Shown piece after piece: positions 27,178-37,750 of a stretch of 64,000 nucleotides of DNA. A program made the position numbers and the translations under genes. Source of the stretch: Verrucomicrobiia bacterium (GTDB lineage: Bacteria > Verrucomicrobiota > Verrucomicrobiia > Palsa-1439); assembly GCA_037441425.1 (NCBI GenBank), contig JBBISF010000005.1, forward strand, positions 6,529-70,528, written 5' to 3'. Below the pieces are notes generated by a model. The model made no database searches. It saw only the letters and a list, made by a program, of their open reading frames with translations, and had not been told where the DNA came from. Numbering within the stretch: the stretch's first letter is position 1; every line of letters begins with the position of its first letter.

Positions 27178-27235
27178 CTACAGACGACCAAAGTGATGGT
27201 CAGTACGAGCAACAGCGTCGCAAGGTAGAATCGGT

Positions 27236-30130
27236 TCATGGTTGGTAGAGAATCATCCCGGACTTATAGCGGACTTCGACAAACTTGTCTGCCGCCCGTG
27301 GTTCAGCGACCGCGCCGTTGTGGTCAAAAGCGATGTACCAATGGCCGGGCGGCAGCGCAAAGTCAGCATTGGCGGCGCCGGCGGCGTTGGCCAGAACGCA
27401 GACGTGCTTCCACGATTCGTCGGCCTGTGCCGTGCCGTCGAGAGTCAACATGATGGTATTGGGATCCGCGGTCTTGTGAACTTCCAACCACGCGGCAATC
27501 TGTTCCTTGGCGCGGATGCGAAAGATGGGATGCGCTTTGCGCAACGCAATGAGGTCGCGCACGTAATTGAAAAGATCGGCGTGGCGTTCCTTCAACGACC
27601 AATCCACCTCGTTAATCGCGTCGGGAGCATTGTAGCTGTTGTGATTCCCTTGTTTGGTTCGGGCAAACTCTTCACCACCGTGAAGGAACGGGACGCCCTG
27701 CGCGGTGAACAACAGCAGGTAACTGAGCTTCATCGTCTCAATGATGTCCTGCTCGGATACGCCCGGCAGGGACAGCTTGAGCTTGTCGAATAATACGAGA
27801 TTGTCGTGGCAGGTTAAGTAGTTGATCGTCTGTGCGGGCGTGGGCGCCCACAACGTCCAACTGCCCAGTAATCCATTGATGACTGCTTCGCGTTCCGAAC
27901 CGTCTTGAATGAACCCTCTGCCGTCGCCGTCGGCGGAGCCTTTGACGGCGTTGCGGAAATCGTCGTTGAACGCGCCGATGTGCGTGCCACGGAGATGGAA
28001 CTTGTCGGTGGGCAGACCTTTGATCGGCGTGGGACCGGCCGACCACGGTTCCCCGTAAAGCACGATCTGCGGGTTGATCTTCCGTAATTCCTGTTCGAGT
28101 TCCTTCATCGTTTCGAGGTCGAGCATCGCCATCAGGTCAAACCGGAAACCATCAATGCCATACTCCTCGACCCAGTACTTGAGCGAATCAATCATGAATT
28201 TCCGCCCCATCGGGCTTTCGGTGCGGAAATCATTGCCGCAGCCGGAACCGTTCGAGTAACTGCCGTCGGCGTTGAACCGGTAGTAGTAACGCGGGGCAAG
28301 CACGTTGAACGCGGCGGAGCTGCCGGTATGATTATAAACCACGTCCATGATGACGCCGATGCCCTGCGCATGGAGGGCCGCCACCAACGTCTTGAATTCC
28401 CGGATGCGACTGTCGTCCTGCGGATTGGTGGCGTACCAGCCTTCCGGCGACCAGAACCCGGTAGTCATGTAGCCCCAGTTGTAGGTGTTGGCAGTCTCGT
28501 CGTTCTCGAAATCCTGTACCGGCAGCAACTGCACGTGCGTGACGCCGAGTTCCGCCAAATAGCCGGCGGCTTCCGCGAACCCGAGGAATTTTCCGCGATG
28601 TTCGGGCAGGGCCGGCGAATTGGCATCAATCGTGAAATCCCGGACGTGCATCTCGTACACCACCATGTCCACCGGTGATTGCAGCGGCGGGCCGTGACGG
28701 AGCTGTTCCCACCCAGGCGGATTGGTTTTCGCGAGGTCGGTGATCCGCGCGCGGCGACCGCTGTTGACGGTATTGATCGCGCAAATATCCACCACCTCGC
28801 GTTCCGTGGCAGAATCGAGATTACGGATGAGGTAGGTGTAAAACCTGCCGTTGAGATTACCGGCAATGGTGCCTTCCCAAATGCCCTTGGAGCGATGTTC
28901 CAGCGGATGGACGGTGCGTCCTTTGTCGCCACTGACTTCGTCGTACAAAACCACCTGCACCGATTTCGCAATGGGCGCGAACACGCGGAACGTCGTCGCC
29001 GTGGGCGAATAGATTGCCCCGAGTTCCGCTTGGGCGTCGCAGAACAAGTTGGTGTCGTCCAGCACGCCGCGCGGCAGGGCGGGCACCTGGCCTTTGTACC
29101 CTTCGATCTTGACGGTGTAGCTCCGGTTGGCCACATCCAACGGCTCGAACAACACGGCGTCGAGGAACGTGGATTTTTCGCCGGGCACGGTCGTGCGCAC
29201 CGGCGTATACCGGTGACCTTGATCGTCGCTGATGTGAACGGCGGTCGGCGGAACGTCACCCTCGCTGACCAGTTGCGAGAGTTGAATCACGACCTCCAGT
29301 GCGCTGTCCAAATACGCCGCGGCCACGTGCGGGGACAGGTCCGGGCGTTGGCCCCAAATCTGGTTCCGCGTGCCGATCAGGTAAACTTCCCGGCCCAGCG
29401 CCGGTGTCCAATATCGGTCTTCGCCGTCTTTTCGATTCCAATCACCGGCCATCCGTGGCAGCAACCCGATGCGCGCGCCGCCGTACTCGGCGAGATCGAG
29501 TTGGAACACCAAGCCGTAATCATCACGCCCCACCTCCAGCAGTTCGTTTTCCTTAGGCGAACGTTTGTGTTCCGAGTCCCACGACCACAACCCGACGTTA
29601 TCGTAATCCTGGTCGTACCGGTGATAATGGATTGTGACCAGATTCTGCGGCGCGGACAACTTCTTCTCCTGCCACGCCTGCCGGTCAAATCGCACTTTCT
29701 CTTCCGGGTTCCAAGTTTCACGGATGAACAGATCGCCGAAGCTGGGGTAACACGACTGCCAACCATCCCGGTCCAACGCAATCCACAGCTCGTATTCCGC
29801 GTCCGGCAAAGCCTCGTCCGCCGCCAAGGTGCGCAGCTTGATTTCCACGCGCACCGATTTCCCGGCCACCGCCACGCCGCGGGCGACGATTCGTCCGCCG
29901 CGTTTCAACCCAGCAAAGATCTGGCGTCCTGTGTTGCCGGGCGGCACGGCGACGTCGAAGGTCGCCACCACTGGTCCCGTAGCGGCGGGCGGTGGTAATG
30001 AGTGCGGATGACGGGTGGTTTTCACTGAAGTTCTTTCGCAGGAGACGAGGCTCATGCCCAACACCGCCGCGAGCAGGCCGGCAAAAAGCGGTTTACCAGG
30101 CAGACAACAGATTGGCCCGTGGCCGCGCAT
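27236..30130 (-). CDS. pulA: type I pullulanase-like GH13 glycoside hydrolase with N-terminal carbohydrate-binding domains
   Basis: GH13 regions VVYNHTG and GFRFDLM plus the pullulanase-type YNWGYMTTGFWSPEGWYATNP. Possible lipoprotein signal ...LLAAVLGMSLVSC. Start taken at MRGHGP... (30130); the track ORF extends to 30181. Confidence 0.85.
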   Translation of the reverse strand: MRGHGPICCLPGKPLFAGLLAAVLGMSLVSCERTSVKTTRHPHSLPPPAATGPVVATFDVAVPPGNTGRQIFAGLKRGGRIVARGVAVAGKSVRVEIKLRTLAADEALPDAEYELWIALDRDGWQSCYPSFGDLFIRETWNPEEKVRFDRQAWQEKKLSAPQNLVTIHYHRYDQDYDNVGLWSWDSEHKRSPKENELLEVGRDDYGLVFQLDLAEYGGARIGLLPRMAGDWNRKDGEDRYWTPALGREVYLIGTRNQIWGQRPDLSPHVAAAYLDSALEVVIQLSQLVSEGDVPPTAVHISDDQGHRYTPVRTTVPGEKSTFLDAVLFEPLDVANRSYTVKIEGYKGQVPALPRGVLDDTNLFCDAQAELGAIYSPTATTFRVFAPIAKSVQVVLYDEVSGDKGRTVHPLEHRSKGIWEGTIAGNLNGRFYTYLIRNLDSATEREVVDICAINTVNSGRRARITDLAKTNPPGWEQLRHGPPLQSPVDMVVYEMHVRDFTIDANSPALPEHRGKFLGFAEAAGYLAELGVTHVQLLPVQDFENDETANTYNWGYMTTGFWSPEGWYATNPQDDSRIREFKTLVAALHAQGIGVIMDVVYNHTGSSAAFNVLAPRYYYRFNADGSYSNGSGCGNDFRTESPMGRKFMIDSLKYWVEEYGIDGFRFDLMAMLDLETMKELEQELRKINPQIVLYGEPWSAGPTPIKGLPTDKFHLRGTHIGAFNDDFRNAVKGSADGDGRGFIQDGSEREAVINGLLGSWTLWAPTPAQTINYLTCHDNLVLFDKLKLSLPGVSEQDIIETMKLSYLLLFTAQGVPFLHGGEEFARTKQGNHNSYNAPDAINEVDWSLKERHADLFNYVRDLIALRKAHPIFRIRAKEQIAAWLEVHKTADPNTIMLTLDGTAQADESWKHVCVLANAAGAANADFALPPGHWYIAFDHNGAVAEPRAADKFVEVRYKSGMILYQP

Positions 30131-30140
30131 AACGTGGGTT

Positions 30141-30626
30141 TCACACTGCGCGAGAATAGACAAGCACCACCAGCAACACAAGCCCGCACAGCAACACCCC
30201 TCCGTTGATTTGCACGCTCAAGTGGTGCAGCGCCTTCCACTCGCGTTCCAACTCCGCCTCCGGTTCCTTGCCGGCGGCGCGGGCGGCGGCCCGTTGCTCG
30301 CGCAACGCCGCCATCTCCGGCACCACCGCCTGCCGCATCCAGAAATCCGTCGCCCCGCATCCGGCCAGCAGCAACAAACTCAAGATTCCCGGCCAGACCG
30401 GCAAGGCGTGATTCGCCAACAGCAACCCGACGCAGACGATTCCAACCGCTGTGCAGATAATGCCCACTAGGTAGTACTTCGGGAACAACGCCCGCTGCAA
30501 TTTCGCGGCGTCCTCCGGCTGGAGCACTTTGAACACGGTGGGCGCGATTACAAAACTGAAAAAGATGATGCCGCCGACCCATACCGCCAGCACCACCAGA
30601 TAAATCAGTTTCACCACAGGCGTCAT
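30141..30626 (-). CDS. DUF4149-like membrane protein
   Basis: Four predicted TM helices; 10 nt upstream of the pullulanase start on the same strand. The family assignment is tentative. Confidence 0.45.
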   Translation of the reverse strand: MTPVVKLIYLVVLAVWVGGIIFFSFVIAPTVFKVLQPEDAAKLQRALFPKYYLVGIICTAVGIVCVGLLLANHALPVWPGILSLLLLAGCGATDFWMRQAVVPEMAALREQRAAARAAGKEPEAELEREWKALHHLSVQINGGVLLCGLVLLVVLVYSRAV

Positions 30627-30708
30627 GCGGCGCAACGTAGCAGCGCCCACCGCCCGCGTCAAAACAAACTCCTTTTACTTAGGTTCGGGTCACACTACGC
30701 TCACGGCA

Positions 30709-31749
30709 ATGTCCATAGAACGATTGGTGCGTTTTGGCATCCTCGGCACGGGACGCATCGTTAACAAGTACGCTGAGGTGTTTCGCGCAGCGCGCGGTGT
30801 CGAGTTGGTGGCGATTGCCAGCCGGGAACTGGCGCGTGCTCAGGAGACAGCCACCCGGTTGGGGATCCCGCGAGCCCAGGGCAGTTATGAGGCGTTACTG
30901 GCCGACGCGGGGGTGGACGCGATCATCAACGTGCTCCACAATGGACTGCACTGCGCGTGGACTTGTCGCGCTTTGGCCGCCGGGAAGCACGTGCTTTGTG
31001 AGAAGCCACTGGCTTGTTCTTATACCGAGGCGGAACAAATGTTCGCCGCAGCGCACCGGTCTCGGCGGTGGTTGGCAGAAGGGTTCATGTACCGGTTTCA
31101 TCCGCAAATGATCGCGGCCCAGCGGCTCGTGGCGGACGGGGCGATTGGCCGGATTGCCTACATCCATTCCGCGCGCACCGCTTATGGCCGGGAACGCGAT
31201 AATCCACGGCATCGAAAAGACGCCGGCGGCGGGGCGCTGCTGGATGTGGGTTGCTACTGCGTGAACATTTCGCGGCTCTTTGCCGGCACCGAACCGGTGC
31301 GCGTCTTGGCCCGGGCGGATTGGGACCGGGAGACGGGAGTTGATCTGACCACGACCGGTGTGTTGGAGTTTCCTGATGGCGTCACCGCGCAATTTGTTTC
31401 GAGCATGGTGCTGGAGCCGACGTATGCGGTGGAGGTGATTGGGGACAAGGGGCGGTTGGCGATTCCCCATCCGTGGGGACCGCCGGCGTGGCCGGCCGAA
31501 TTGTATCTCACCAGGGAATCCAAAACCGAAACGATTCGGATCGAACCGCACGGTCGCCCGGCGCACGCGCTGATGCAGTTTATCTTGGAGGTGGAGCAGT
31601 TTGCCGACTGCATCCGGCAGAACCGCGCGCCAACGTTTCCGCTCGACCGGGATGGGGAGCGTGACGCCTTGGGGAATGCGCGGGTGCTGGATGGGCTGTT
31701 TGAGTCGGCGCGGAAGGGAAACCCAGTGGAACTGGTTAATTGCTCATAA
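30709..31749 (+). CDS. Gfo/Idh/MocA-family NAD(P)-dependent oxidoreductase
   Basis: N-terminal Rossmann motif VRFGILGTGRIVNKY and the EKPLA motif of the Gfo/Idh/MocA family. Start at MSIERL... (30709). Confidence 0.85.
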   Translation: MSIERLVRFGILGTGRIVNKYAEVFRAARGVELVAIASRELARAQETATRLGIPRAQGSYEALLADAGVDAIINVLHNGLHCAWTCRALAAGKHVLCEKPLACSYTEAEQMFAAAHRSRRWLAEGFMYRFHPQMIAAQRLVADGAIGRIAYIHSARTAYGRERDNPRHRKDAGGGALLDVGCYCVNISRLFAGTEPVRVLARADWDRETGVDLTTTGVLEFPDGVTAQFVSSMVLEPTYAVEVIGDKGRLAIPHPWGPPAWPAELYLTRESKTETIRIEPHGRPAHALMQFILEVEQFADCIRQNRAPTFPLDRDGERDALGNARVLDGLFESARKGNPVELVNCS

Positions 31750-32149
31750 TCTTGCGGATGGTCATTTGAGCGTCGTGGATGCGGAACGGTTTGTGAATGT
31801 AGCCGTCGATCCGGTGCTGGGCGCAGATCTGTCGGAGTTTCAGTTCTTCGGCGCCGGAGCAAAGGAGGACTTTGACTTTGGGGTTGAGTTTGCGCAACCA
31901 CTCGAAGGTCTGCGCGCCGTCCATCGTCGGCATGAAGTAGTCCACCAAGACGAGATCAATGTTGCCTTTGTCGCGCGTGAAGAGTTCGAGGGCTTTGACG
32001 GGATTGGCGACCGTGACGACCTTGTAGCCGAGCGGTTCGAGCAACTGCCTGACCGTCTCGCAAAAGTCCTCGTTGTCGTCAATAATCATCACCCGCACCG
32101 TGTCGGTGCTGGTCGGTTCGTTGGCTGCTTTTTGGGCTGTGGCTTGCAT
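31736..32149 (-). CDS. single-domain response regulator (receiver only)
   Basis: VMIIDDNEDF...DLVLVDYFMPTMDG...KVLLCSGA is a REC domain. Start at the internal ATG at 32149; upstream in-frame sequence is low-complexity. Confidence 0.8.
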   Translation of the reverse strand: MQATAQKAANEPTSTDTVRVMIIDDNEDFCETVRQLLEPLGYKVVTVANPVKALELFTRDKGNIDLVLVDYFMPTMDGAQTFEWLRKLNPKVKVLLCSGAEELKLRQICAQHRIDGYIHKPFRIHDAQMTIRKIMSN

Positions 32150-32267
32150 AAATCGGTTCCTCGGCCTCCAATCTTGCCGCATAAAAAGCACGGTCGGTGC
32201 CACATTCTTTCCGTGTCTCATCTTGCGAGGCTGGCGCGGAAACGGTATCATCCGGACCATGTGACTC

Positions 32268-32897
32268 ATGTCTGACAAGGGCAAATTCATCACATTTGAG
32301 GGGGGGGAGGGCAGCGGCAAGTCCACGTTGATCGAGCGTTTGGCGATCCGGCTACGGGCGGCGGGACACACCGTGCTTCTCACCCGCGAGCCGGGCGGGA
32401 CGGAAGTGGGTGAACAAATTCGTCACACCCTCCAGTACAGCCGGCAATCCGCCGCCATGGTGCCGGAGGCCGAACTATTGTTGTTCAGCGCCAGTCGGGC
32501 GCAGTTGGTCCGCGAAGTCATCCTGCCGGCACTGAAACGTGGCCAGATCGTGCTGGGCGACCGGTTCTACGATTCCACCACCGTCTATCAAGGCGTGGGC
32601 CGGCTGCTCGACCCGTTGGTCGTGGCTGCCATCAACAATTTCGCCGTCGGCCCGTGCGTGCCGGACCTGACGCTGGTGATTGACGTTGATCCGCGCATCG
32701 GACTGGAACGCGCGCGCGGCCGGGAGCTCTTCGACCGGATGGAAAACCAGTCGCTGGAATTTTATCAGCGGGTCCGGCAGGGCTACCTTGATCTGGCGCG
32801 ACGTGAACCGCACCGGGTGAAAGTTGTGGATGGCAACCGGACGCTGGACGAGATCGAAAAAGACAGTTGGGAATTGGTTGGTCATGCCATTCAGTGA
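32268..32897 (+). CDS. tmk: thymidylate kinase
   Basis: P-loop FITFEGGEGSGKST and the DRF motif (GDRFYDSTTVYQG). Confidence 0.9.
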   Translation: MSDKGKFITFEGGEGSGKSTLIERLAIRLRAAGHTVLLTREPGGTEVGEQIRHTLQYSRQSAAMVPEAELLLFSASRAQLVREVILPALKRGQIVLGDRFYDSTTVYQGVGRLLDPLVVAAINNFAVGPCVPDLTLVIDVDPRIGLERARGRELFDRMENQSLEFYQRVRQGYLDLARREPHRVKVVDGNRTLDEIEKDSWELVGHAIQ

Positions 32898-33894
32898 TCT
32901 GAAAGAACAGCAGGCCGTCGCCGGTCAACTCCATCACAGTCTGGAGCGGGGCCGGTTGGCGCACGCGTATCTGTTTGCCGGGCCGCGCGGCTGCGGCAAA
33001 GCGCAAGTGGCGCGCACCCTGGCGCAAGCGCTCAACTGCGCCGAGCGCGAACACGACGCGTGCGGCCGGTGCGATTCCTGTCGGCGTATCGCCGAGGGCA
33101 CGCACCCGGACATCTACTGGGTGAGTCCCGAATCCAAGAGCCGGCGGATTGCCGTCGAGCAAATCCGGGAATTCGAAAAGGCGATCAACCTTCGACCGAC
33201 GCTGGCTCGCGTAAAGGTCGGCGCGATCCTCGACGCCGATTGCATGGGCGAGGAAGCCAGCAACGCGTTTCTGAAAACGTTGGAAGAGCCGCCTGCACAA
33301 ACGGTGATTCTGTTGCTCAGCGCCGAACCGCAACGGTTGCTGCCGACGATTTTGTCGCGTTGCTTGAAACTGAATTTTGGCCAGACCGGTTCGGGCGCCA
33401 CATGGCCGCAGCGGGGCCGCGTATTGGAGTTGTTGAAAACCTTTACCGCGCGTGGCCCGGAGAAGGTGGCGCACACCTACCGGTTGCTGGCGGAGTTGAC
33501 GGCCCTCTTGGCCGATCTGCGCGAAATGACACGCGCCCGGATTGAGGCGGAAACCGATCTCGATCAATACGCGGAACTCGAACCGCGGGCGCGGGAGAAA
33601 TTGGAAAAGGAAATGGAGGCGCGGATCGAGGGCGAGTACCGCGCGCAGCGGGAACAGGTGCTCGAAATCGTGTACGGCTGGTTTGGCGACGTGTTGTTGC
33701 AGGTGGTCGGCGTGGACAGATCGTTGCTGGCGCACCCGGACTTTGCCGAAGCCAGCCGGCGGGCGGCGGACGGATTGACTTACGAGCAGGCCAGCCGGAA
33801 TCTTGAGGCGGTGGAGGGCATTCGCGAAGCCTTGTTCCGCAACGTGGCTGAGCCGTTGACGCTGGAGGTCGGCTTGTTGCGCGTGACGGTTTGA
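32884..33894 (+). CDS. holB: DNA polymerase III delta-prime subunit
   Basis: HAYLFAGPRGCGKA P-loop, zinc-binding CxxC...CxxC and the SRC motif (LSRCLKL). tmk-holB arrangement. Start at MPFSDL... (32884) overlapping the tmk end. Confidence 0.8.
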   Translation: MPFSDLKEQQAVAGQLHHSLERGRLAHAYLFAGPRGCGKAQVARTLAQALNCAEREHDACGRCDSCRRIAEGTHPDIYWVSPESKSRRIAVEQIREFEKAINLRPTLARVKVGAILDADCMGEEASNAFLKTLEEPPAQTVILLLSAEPQRLLPTILSRCLKLNFGQTGSGATWPQRGRVLELLKTFTARGPEKVAHTYRLLAELTALLADLREMTRARIEAETDLDQYAELEPRAREKLEKEMEARIEGEYRAQREQVLEIVYGWFGDVLLQVVGVDRSLLAHPDFAEASRRAADGLTYEQASRNLEAVEGIREALFRNVAEPLTLEVGLLRVTV

Positions 33895-33898
33895 AATC

Positions 33899-35659
33899 AT
33901 GAAAGCGTTTGGCCGATGGGCAATCTGGTGTCTGGCGCTGCTGGCGTTTTTCGCGCCGTTGAAATTCGGCACGCCGGTCGTGGTGCAAGCGTCGCTGCTT
34001 CTGCCGGGCGGGCTGGATGAGTGGATTTACTTTTCGTGGCCGAATCAGTTGGGGGTGCTGTTTTGCTTCGGTGCGTTGATCTGGCTGGTGTTGGACGCGC
34101 GCCGGATGGCCGCCCGAATGGATGGATTGTTTGTTTTGCCGGTCATCCTGTTGGCGGCGTTGCTGGCCGCGTATCCGAGTTCGATCAACCGGCAGGTTGC
34201 GACCGATACGGTGCTGCACTTTGCGGTGTGCGTGTTGCTGTTTTATGCCGCCGCGTGGTACGCGCGGGATGGAGCGAGTGCCGCGCATGTGTTTGGCGGG
34301 TTGGGATTGGCGACGTTCGTGGTGTGCATCTTTGCCCTCCAACAATGGTGTGGCGGGCTGGCAGAGACCCGCGCGATGGTGGCGGAACTTGGTCACCCCT
34401 TGCCGCCGGATCTCGCCCTGCGCTTGACGAGTAACCGGGTGTTCGGGACGCTGGTGTACCCGAACGCGCTGGCGGGTTTTTTGATCGTGGCGTTCGGGCC
34501 GACGCTCGCATGGATTTGGGTCCGCAGCCGCAACTGGTTGCCGGCGGTGAAGTGGATCGCGTTGATCTTGACCGGCGGATTAATCGTCACCTGCCTCTTG
34601 GTGACGGGATCCCGCGGGGGACTGGCGGCGTTTGGGGCCGGGTTGCTGTTGACGGTGATTTGCTTTGTACGACGGAGTCCGGGGCGCGGGACGTGGGCGT
34701 TGATCGCTGTGGTGATCTTCCTGGTGGCAATCGGTTGGGTGGCGCGCTCCACCGGGTTGCTGCGTTTGAGCGGGAGCAGTCTGGAAGCGCGGGTGGATTA
34801 TTGGCGCGGCGCAGTGGCGATCGTGAAAGATCATCCGTGGTTGGGGACGGGACCGGGAACGTTTGGGTCAGCCTACCTGAAATACAAGACCGGGCAGACG
34901 GAGGACGCCCGGTTGGTTCATAATGATTACTTGGAGATGTGGTCGGATGCCGGGGTGGTGGCGGTTCTGGCGTTCGCGGGGCTGGCGGTGCTCGCGGTGG
35001 GCGGGGCCGTGCGCCTGGCGCGTCAACGGCGCGGCGATCCCGCCGCCATGGCCTTGTGCGTCGCGCTGACGAGTTGGTCGGTGCACATTTTGGCGGATTT
35101 CGATTCCTTTACACCGGGCGTGGTGTGGCCGGTATTTATTCTTCTGGGGATTTTGCAGGGATTAAAAGATCCTGCGCGCGTGGCGCCGGCCACCGAGGAC
35201 GCCCGGCAAACAACGGCCGCCCAATCGTTCTGGCGGACGGCTTGCGTAATGGTGATCGGGGCGGTCGCGTGGATTGAGGGACGCTCGTTGGTGGCCGAGT
35301 TTTATTTCACGCGCGCCAACGCCTGGCAACGGACGCATCCGCTCGCCGCGTACGTCGAAGCGTTGCAGGCCTCGACGGTGGCAGGCTCCAACGGGGAGTA
35401 TTGGTCATTGGCCGGCGACCTCGCGATGGATTTGGGCCGCTGGCCGGAAGCGATCTCTCGTTATCAGTCGGCGGTGCGAGCGGATCCGTACCGGGCCAAC
35501 TATCATTGGCGCTTGGGCCGGGCTATGCTGGCTGACGGTCTGCCTCCCGACGAAGTGCTATTGCCTTTGCGCCGCGCGGTCGAGTTGAACCCGACCGAAA
35601 GTCGCTACCGAAAGGACCTGAACCTGCTGTCAGGAGATTCCCGGTTCCGAAGGAACTGA
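33899..35659 (+). CDS. O-antigen ligase-like (Wzy_C) polytopic membrane protein with C-terminal TPR repeats
   Basis: About 10 TM helices with the Wzy_C-type motif [18 protein letters not shown]-terminal TPR-like repeats ([27 protein letters not shown]). Confidence 0.7.
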   Translation: MKAFGRWAIWCLALLAFFAPLKFGTPVVVQASLLLPGGLDEWIYFSWPNQLGVLFCFGALIWLVLDARRMAARMDGLFVLPVILLAALLAAYPSSINRQVATDTVLHFAVCVLLFYAAAWYARDGASAAHVFGGLGLATFVVCIFALQQWCGGLAETRAMVAELGHPLPPDLALRLTSNRVFGTLVYPNALAGFLIVAFGPTLAWIWVRSRNWLPAVKWIALILTGGLIVTCLLVTGSRGGLAAFGAGLLLTVICFVRRSPGRGTWALIAVVIFLVAIGWVARSTGLLRLSGSSLEARVDYWRGAVAIVKDHPWLGTGPGTFGSAYLKYKTGQTEDARLVHNDYLEMWSDAGVVAVLAFAGLAVLAVGGAVRLARQRRGDPAAMALCVALTSWSVHILADFDSFTPGVVWPVFILLGILQGLKDPARVAPATEDARQTTAAQSFWRTACVMVIGAVAWIEGRSLVAEFYFTRANAWQRTHPLAAYVEALQASTVAGSNGEYWSLAGDLAMDLGRWPEAISRYQSAVRADPYRANYHWRLGRAMLADGLPPDEVLLPLRRAVELNPTESRYRKDLNLLSGDSRFRRN

Positions 35660-35745
35660 TCAACAATCAGCTCAATCCGAACCCGGCGGGCAATGCCGCA
35701 AACGGGCTTGAAATTGGTGCCCGTCGCGCCCACTCTGGACAGGTC

Positions 35746-36042
35746 ATGAACATTCTCCTGGTCAATTGCCACGTGAAACCCGAATGCGTCGCGGCCTTCA
35801 AAGCCGCCACCCTCGACAACGCCCGCCACAGCGTACAAGAACCCGGCGTCGCGCGCTTCGATGTCTTGCAACAACAAGACGACCCCACCAAGTTCGTCCT
35901 CTACGAGGTTTACAAAACGCCCGACGCCCCGGCCCAACACAAGGCAACCGCGCATTACAAGAAATGGGCCGAAGTCACCGCCAATATGTTTGCCGAACCC
36001 CGCACCCGCGCGCTGTACAGCGAGGCGTTTTGGACGAAGTAA
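35746..36042 (+). CDS. ABM-family (antibiotic biosynthesis monooxygenase-like) small protein
   Basis: 98 aa; [26 protein letters not shown]...[19 protein letters not shown] is the ABM ferredoxin-like fold pattern. Confidence 0.65.
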   Translation: MNILLVNCHVKPECVAAFKAATLDNARHSVQEPGVARFDVLQQQDDPTKFVLYEVYKTPDAPAQHKATAHYKKWAEVTANMFAEPRTRALYSEAFWTK

Positions 36043-36051
36043 AAGGCCAGA

Positions 36052-37140
36052 ATGAATTTTGAATTCGCCACCGCGACACGCATCATCTTTGGGGCCGGCA
36101 AACTGAAAGAGGCCGGCGCGATTGCCAAATCGGTCGGCCCGCGAGCGCTCGTCGTCATTGGTAAATCCGCCGGGGCGGTGCAACGCGCGGAGCCGTTGCT
36201 CCAGCAGTTGGATGAGTACGCGACATTTTCGGTTTCCGGCGAGCCAACGGTGGCTGTGGTTCGTGTCGGTACGGAGCGCGCCCGGCAAGAACAGTGTGAT
36301 GTCGTCATCGGCTTCGGCGGCGGAAGTGTGATTGATACCGGCAAGGCGATTGCCGCGCTGCTGACGAATCCGGGCGATCCGCTCGACTACCTCGAAGTCA
36401 TTGGCAAGGGCCAGACGATCAAACTATCGGCGGCGCCATTCATCGCGATTCCGACGACGGCAGGCACCGGGTCGGAGGTCACGCGCAACGCGGTGATCGG
36501 GTCGCCGGAACACAAGGTCAAGGCCAGTCTGCGGAGCCCGTTGATGTTGCCCCGCGTGGCGCTGGTGGACCCGGACATCATGCTGGCGGCCCCGGCCTGC
36601 CGGCTGGACGCGTTGACGCAGTTGATTGAGCCGTTCGTGTCGTGCCAGGCGAATCCCCTGACCGACGCGATTTGCCGGGAAGGAATGCGCCGTTGGCGTG
36701 AAGGCGGCAACGAGAACTGGGCGTTGGCGGCGCTATTTTCCGGGATGGCACTGGCCAATGCCGGGCTGGGCGCCGTGCATGGATTCGCCGGCCCGCTCGG
36801 CGGGATGTTTGACGCGCCGCATGGAGCGTTGTGCGCCGCGTTGTTGCCGGCCGTGATGAGGGTAAACGCCAGAGTTGTAGCCGCGGGCGTTGACCGCGGC
36901 GGGGAGGAGGGCCGCGCTCACCGAGCGCGACTACAGAAGTTGGAAGAGGCAAAACAACTTGTCGGCGATGTCGGCGAACTGGTGCGGGTGCTGCAAGTTC
37001 CGCCGTTGAACGCGTACGGCATCCGGCGGGAACATTTCCCGGAGATCATCGCGAAAGCAGCCCAAGCCAGCAGCATGAAAGCTAACCCGGTGGTGTTAAG
37101 TGATGACGAGTTGCTGGAGATTCTGGAACAGGCGTTGTAG
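36052..37140 (+). CDS. iron-containing (group III) alcohol dehydrogenase family protein
   Basis: Fe-ADH signatures GGGSVIDTGKAIA and metal-binding His region GLGAVHGFAGPLGGMFDAPHG. Confidence 0.85.
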   Translation: MNFEFATATRIIFGAGKLKEAGAIAKSVGPRALVVIGKSAGAVQRAEPLLQQLDEYATFSVSGEPTVAVVRVGTERARQEQCDVVIGFGGGSVIDTGKAIAALLTNPGDPLDYLEVIGKGQTIKLSAAPFIAIPTTAGTGSEVTRNAVIGSPEHKVKASLRSPLMLPRVALVDPDIMLAAPACRLDALTQLIEPFVSCQANPLTDAICREGMRRWREGGNENWALAALFSGMALANAGLGAVHGFAGPLGGMFDAPHGALCAALLPAVMRVNARVVAAGVDRGGEEGRAHRARLQKLEEAKQLVGDVGELVRVLQVPPLNAYGIRREHFPEIIAKAAQASSMKANPVVLSDDELLEILEQAL

Positions 37141-37174
37141 GTGCCGGGCGCGCCCGCAGAGTCGGTCTACACCG

Positions 37175-37717
37175 TCAGCGCGGCTTCGCGCTCAAGGATG
37201 GCGTCTTCGGCGCGGTCACCGGCGGATTGCGGCAGCGGAGCCGGTGATCGAGGACATCCGGCGACAAGCCGTAATGTTGCGGGCTGCCGCAGAGGAACGC
37301 GAGTAAACCGCAATAATGGCCACCCAGATTGAAGATGAAAATCAGAAACCAATGCCCCGTCGCGATGAAGATCGCGGCCAGCACCGCGTGGCCAATCAAG
37401 GTGAAGCGGGCCCAGTTTTGGTGCCGGCGCCGGAGTTCAGCGTTGTTCTCCGGTAAAACGAACTCAAACCATTCATTGTCTAGGTGACCAGTCGCCCGCC
37501 GGTAGTACGTTTTCAGGACGTTCCAGGTCGTCAGCGGATTCCACGCGAAGAGGCTGAGCCAGAACTTCCAATCCTTGAACGTGAACTTCCCCGGCAAGAC
37601 CACTTCGCCATCATAATCGTGGTGGACGGTGACTTGATGATGCCGAATGTGACTCGGGCGAAACCACAACCTGCAATACGCGTTATTAACCTCCTCATAC
37701 TCACGACTGATTTGCAT
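37175..37717 (-). CDS. hypothetical membrane protein with His-box-like motifs (possible fatty-acid hydroxylase/desaturase superfamily)
   Basis: HIRHH and HHDYDGE histidine clusters with C-terminal hydrophobic segments. Start taken at the ATG at 37717 because upstream in-frame sequence overlaps the photolyase gene. Weak assignment. Confidence 0.3.
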   Translation of the reverse strand: MQISREYEEVNNAYCRLWFRPSHIRHHQVTVHHDYDGEVVLPGKFTFKDWKFWLSLFAWNPLTTWNVLKTYYRRATGHLDNEWFEFVLPENNAELRRRHQNWARFTLIGHAVLAAIFIATGHWFLIFIFNLGGHYCGLLAFLCGSPQHYGLSPDVLDHRLRCRNPPVTAPKTPSLSAKPR

Positions 37718-37750
37718 CTGCGCCGACGATGAATCATACTGTCCAGCAAC

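Noticed and set aside
37146-37155. Palindromic GGGCGCGCCC just downstream of the alcohol dehydrogenase stop
   Set aside because: Too short (a 5-bp half-site with no loop) and with no following U-tract to call a terminator. Such palindromes occur by chance in GC-rich DNA.
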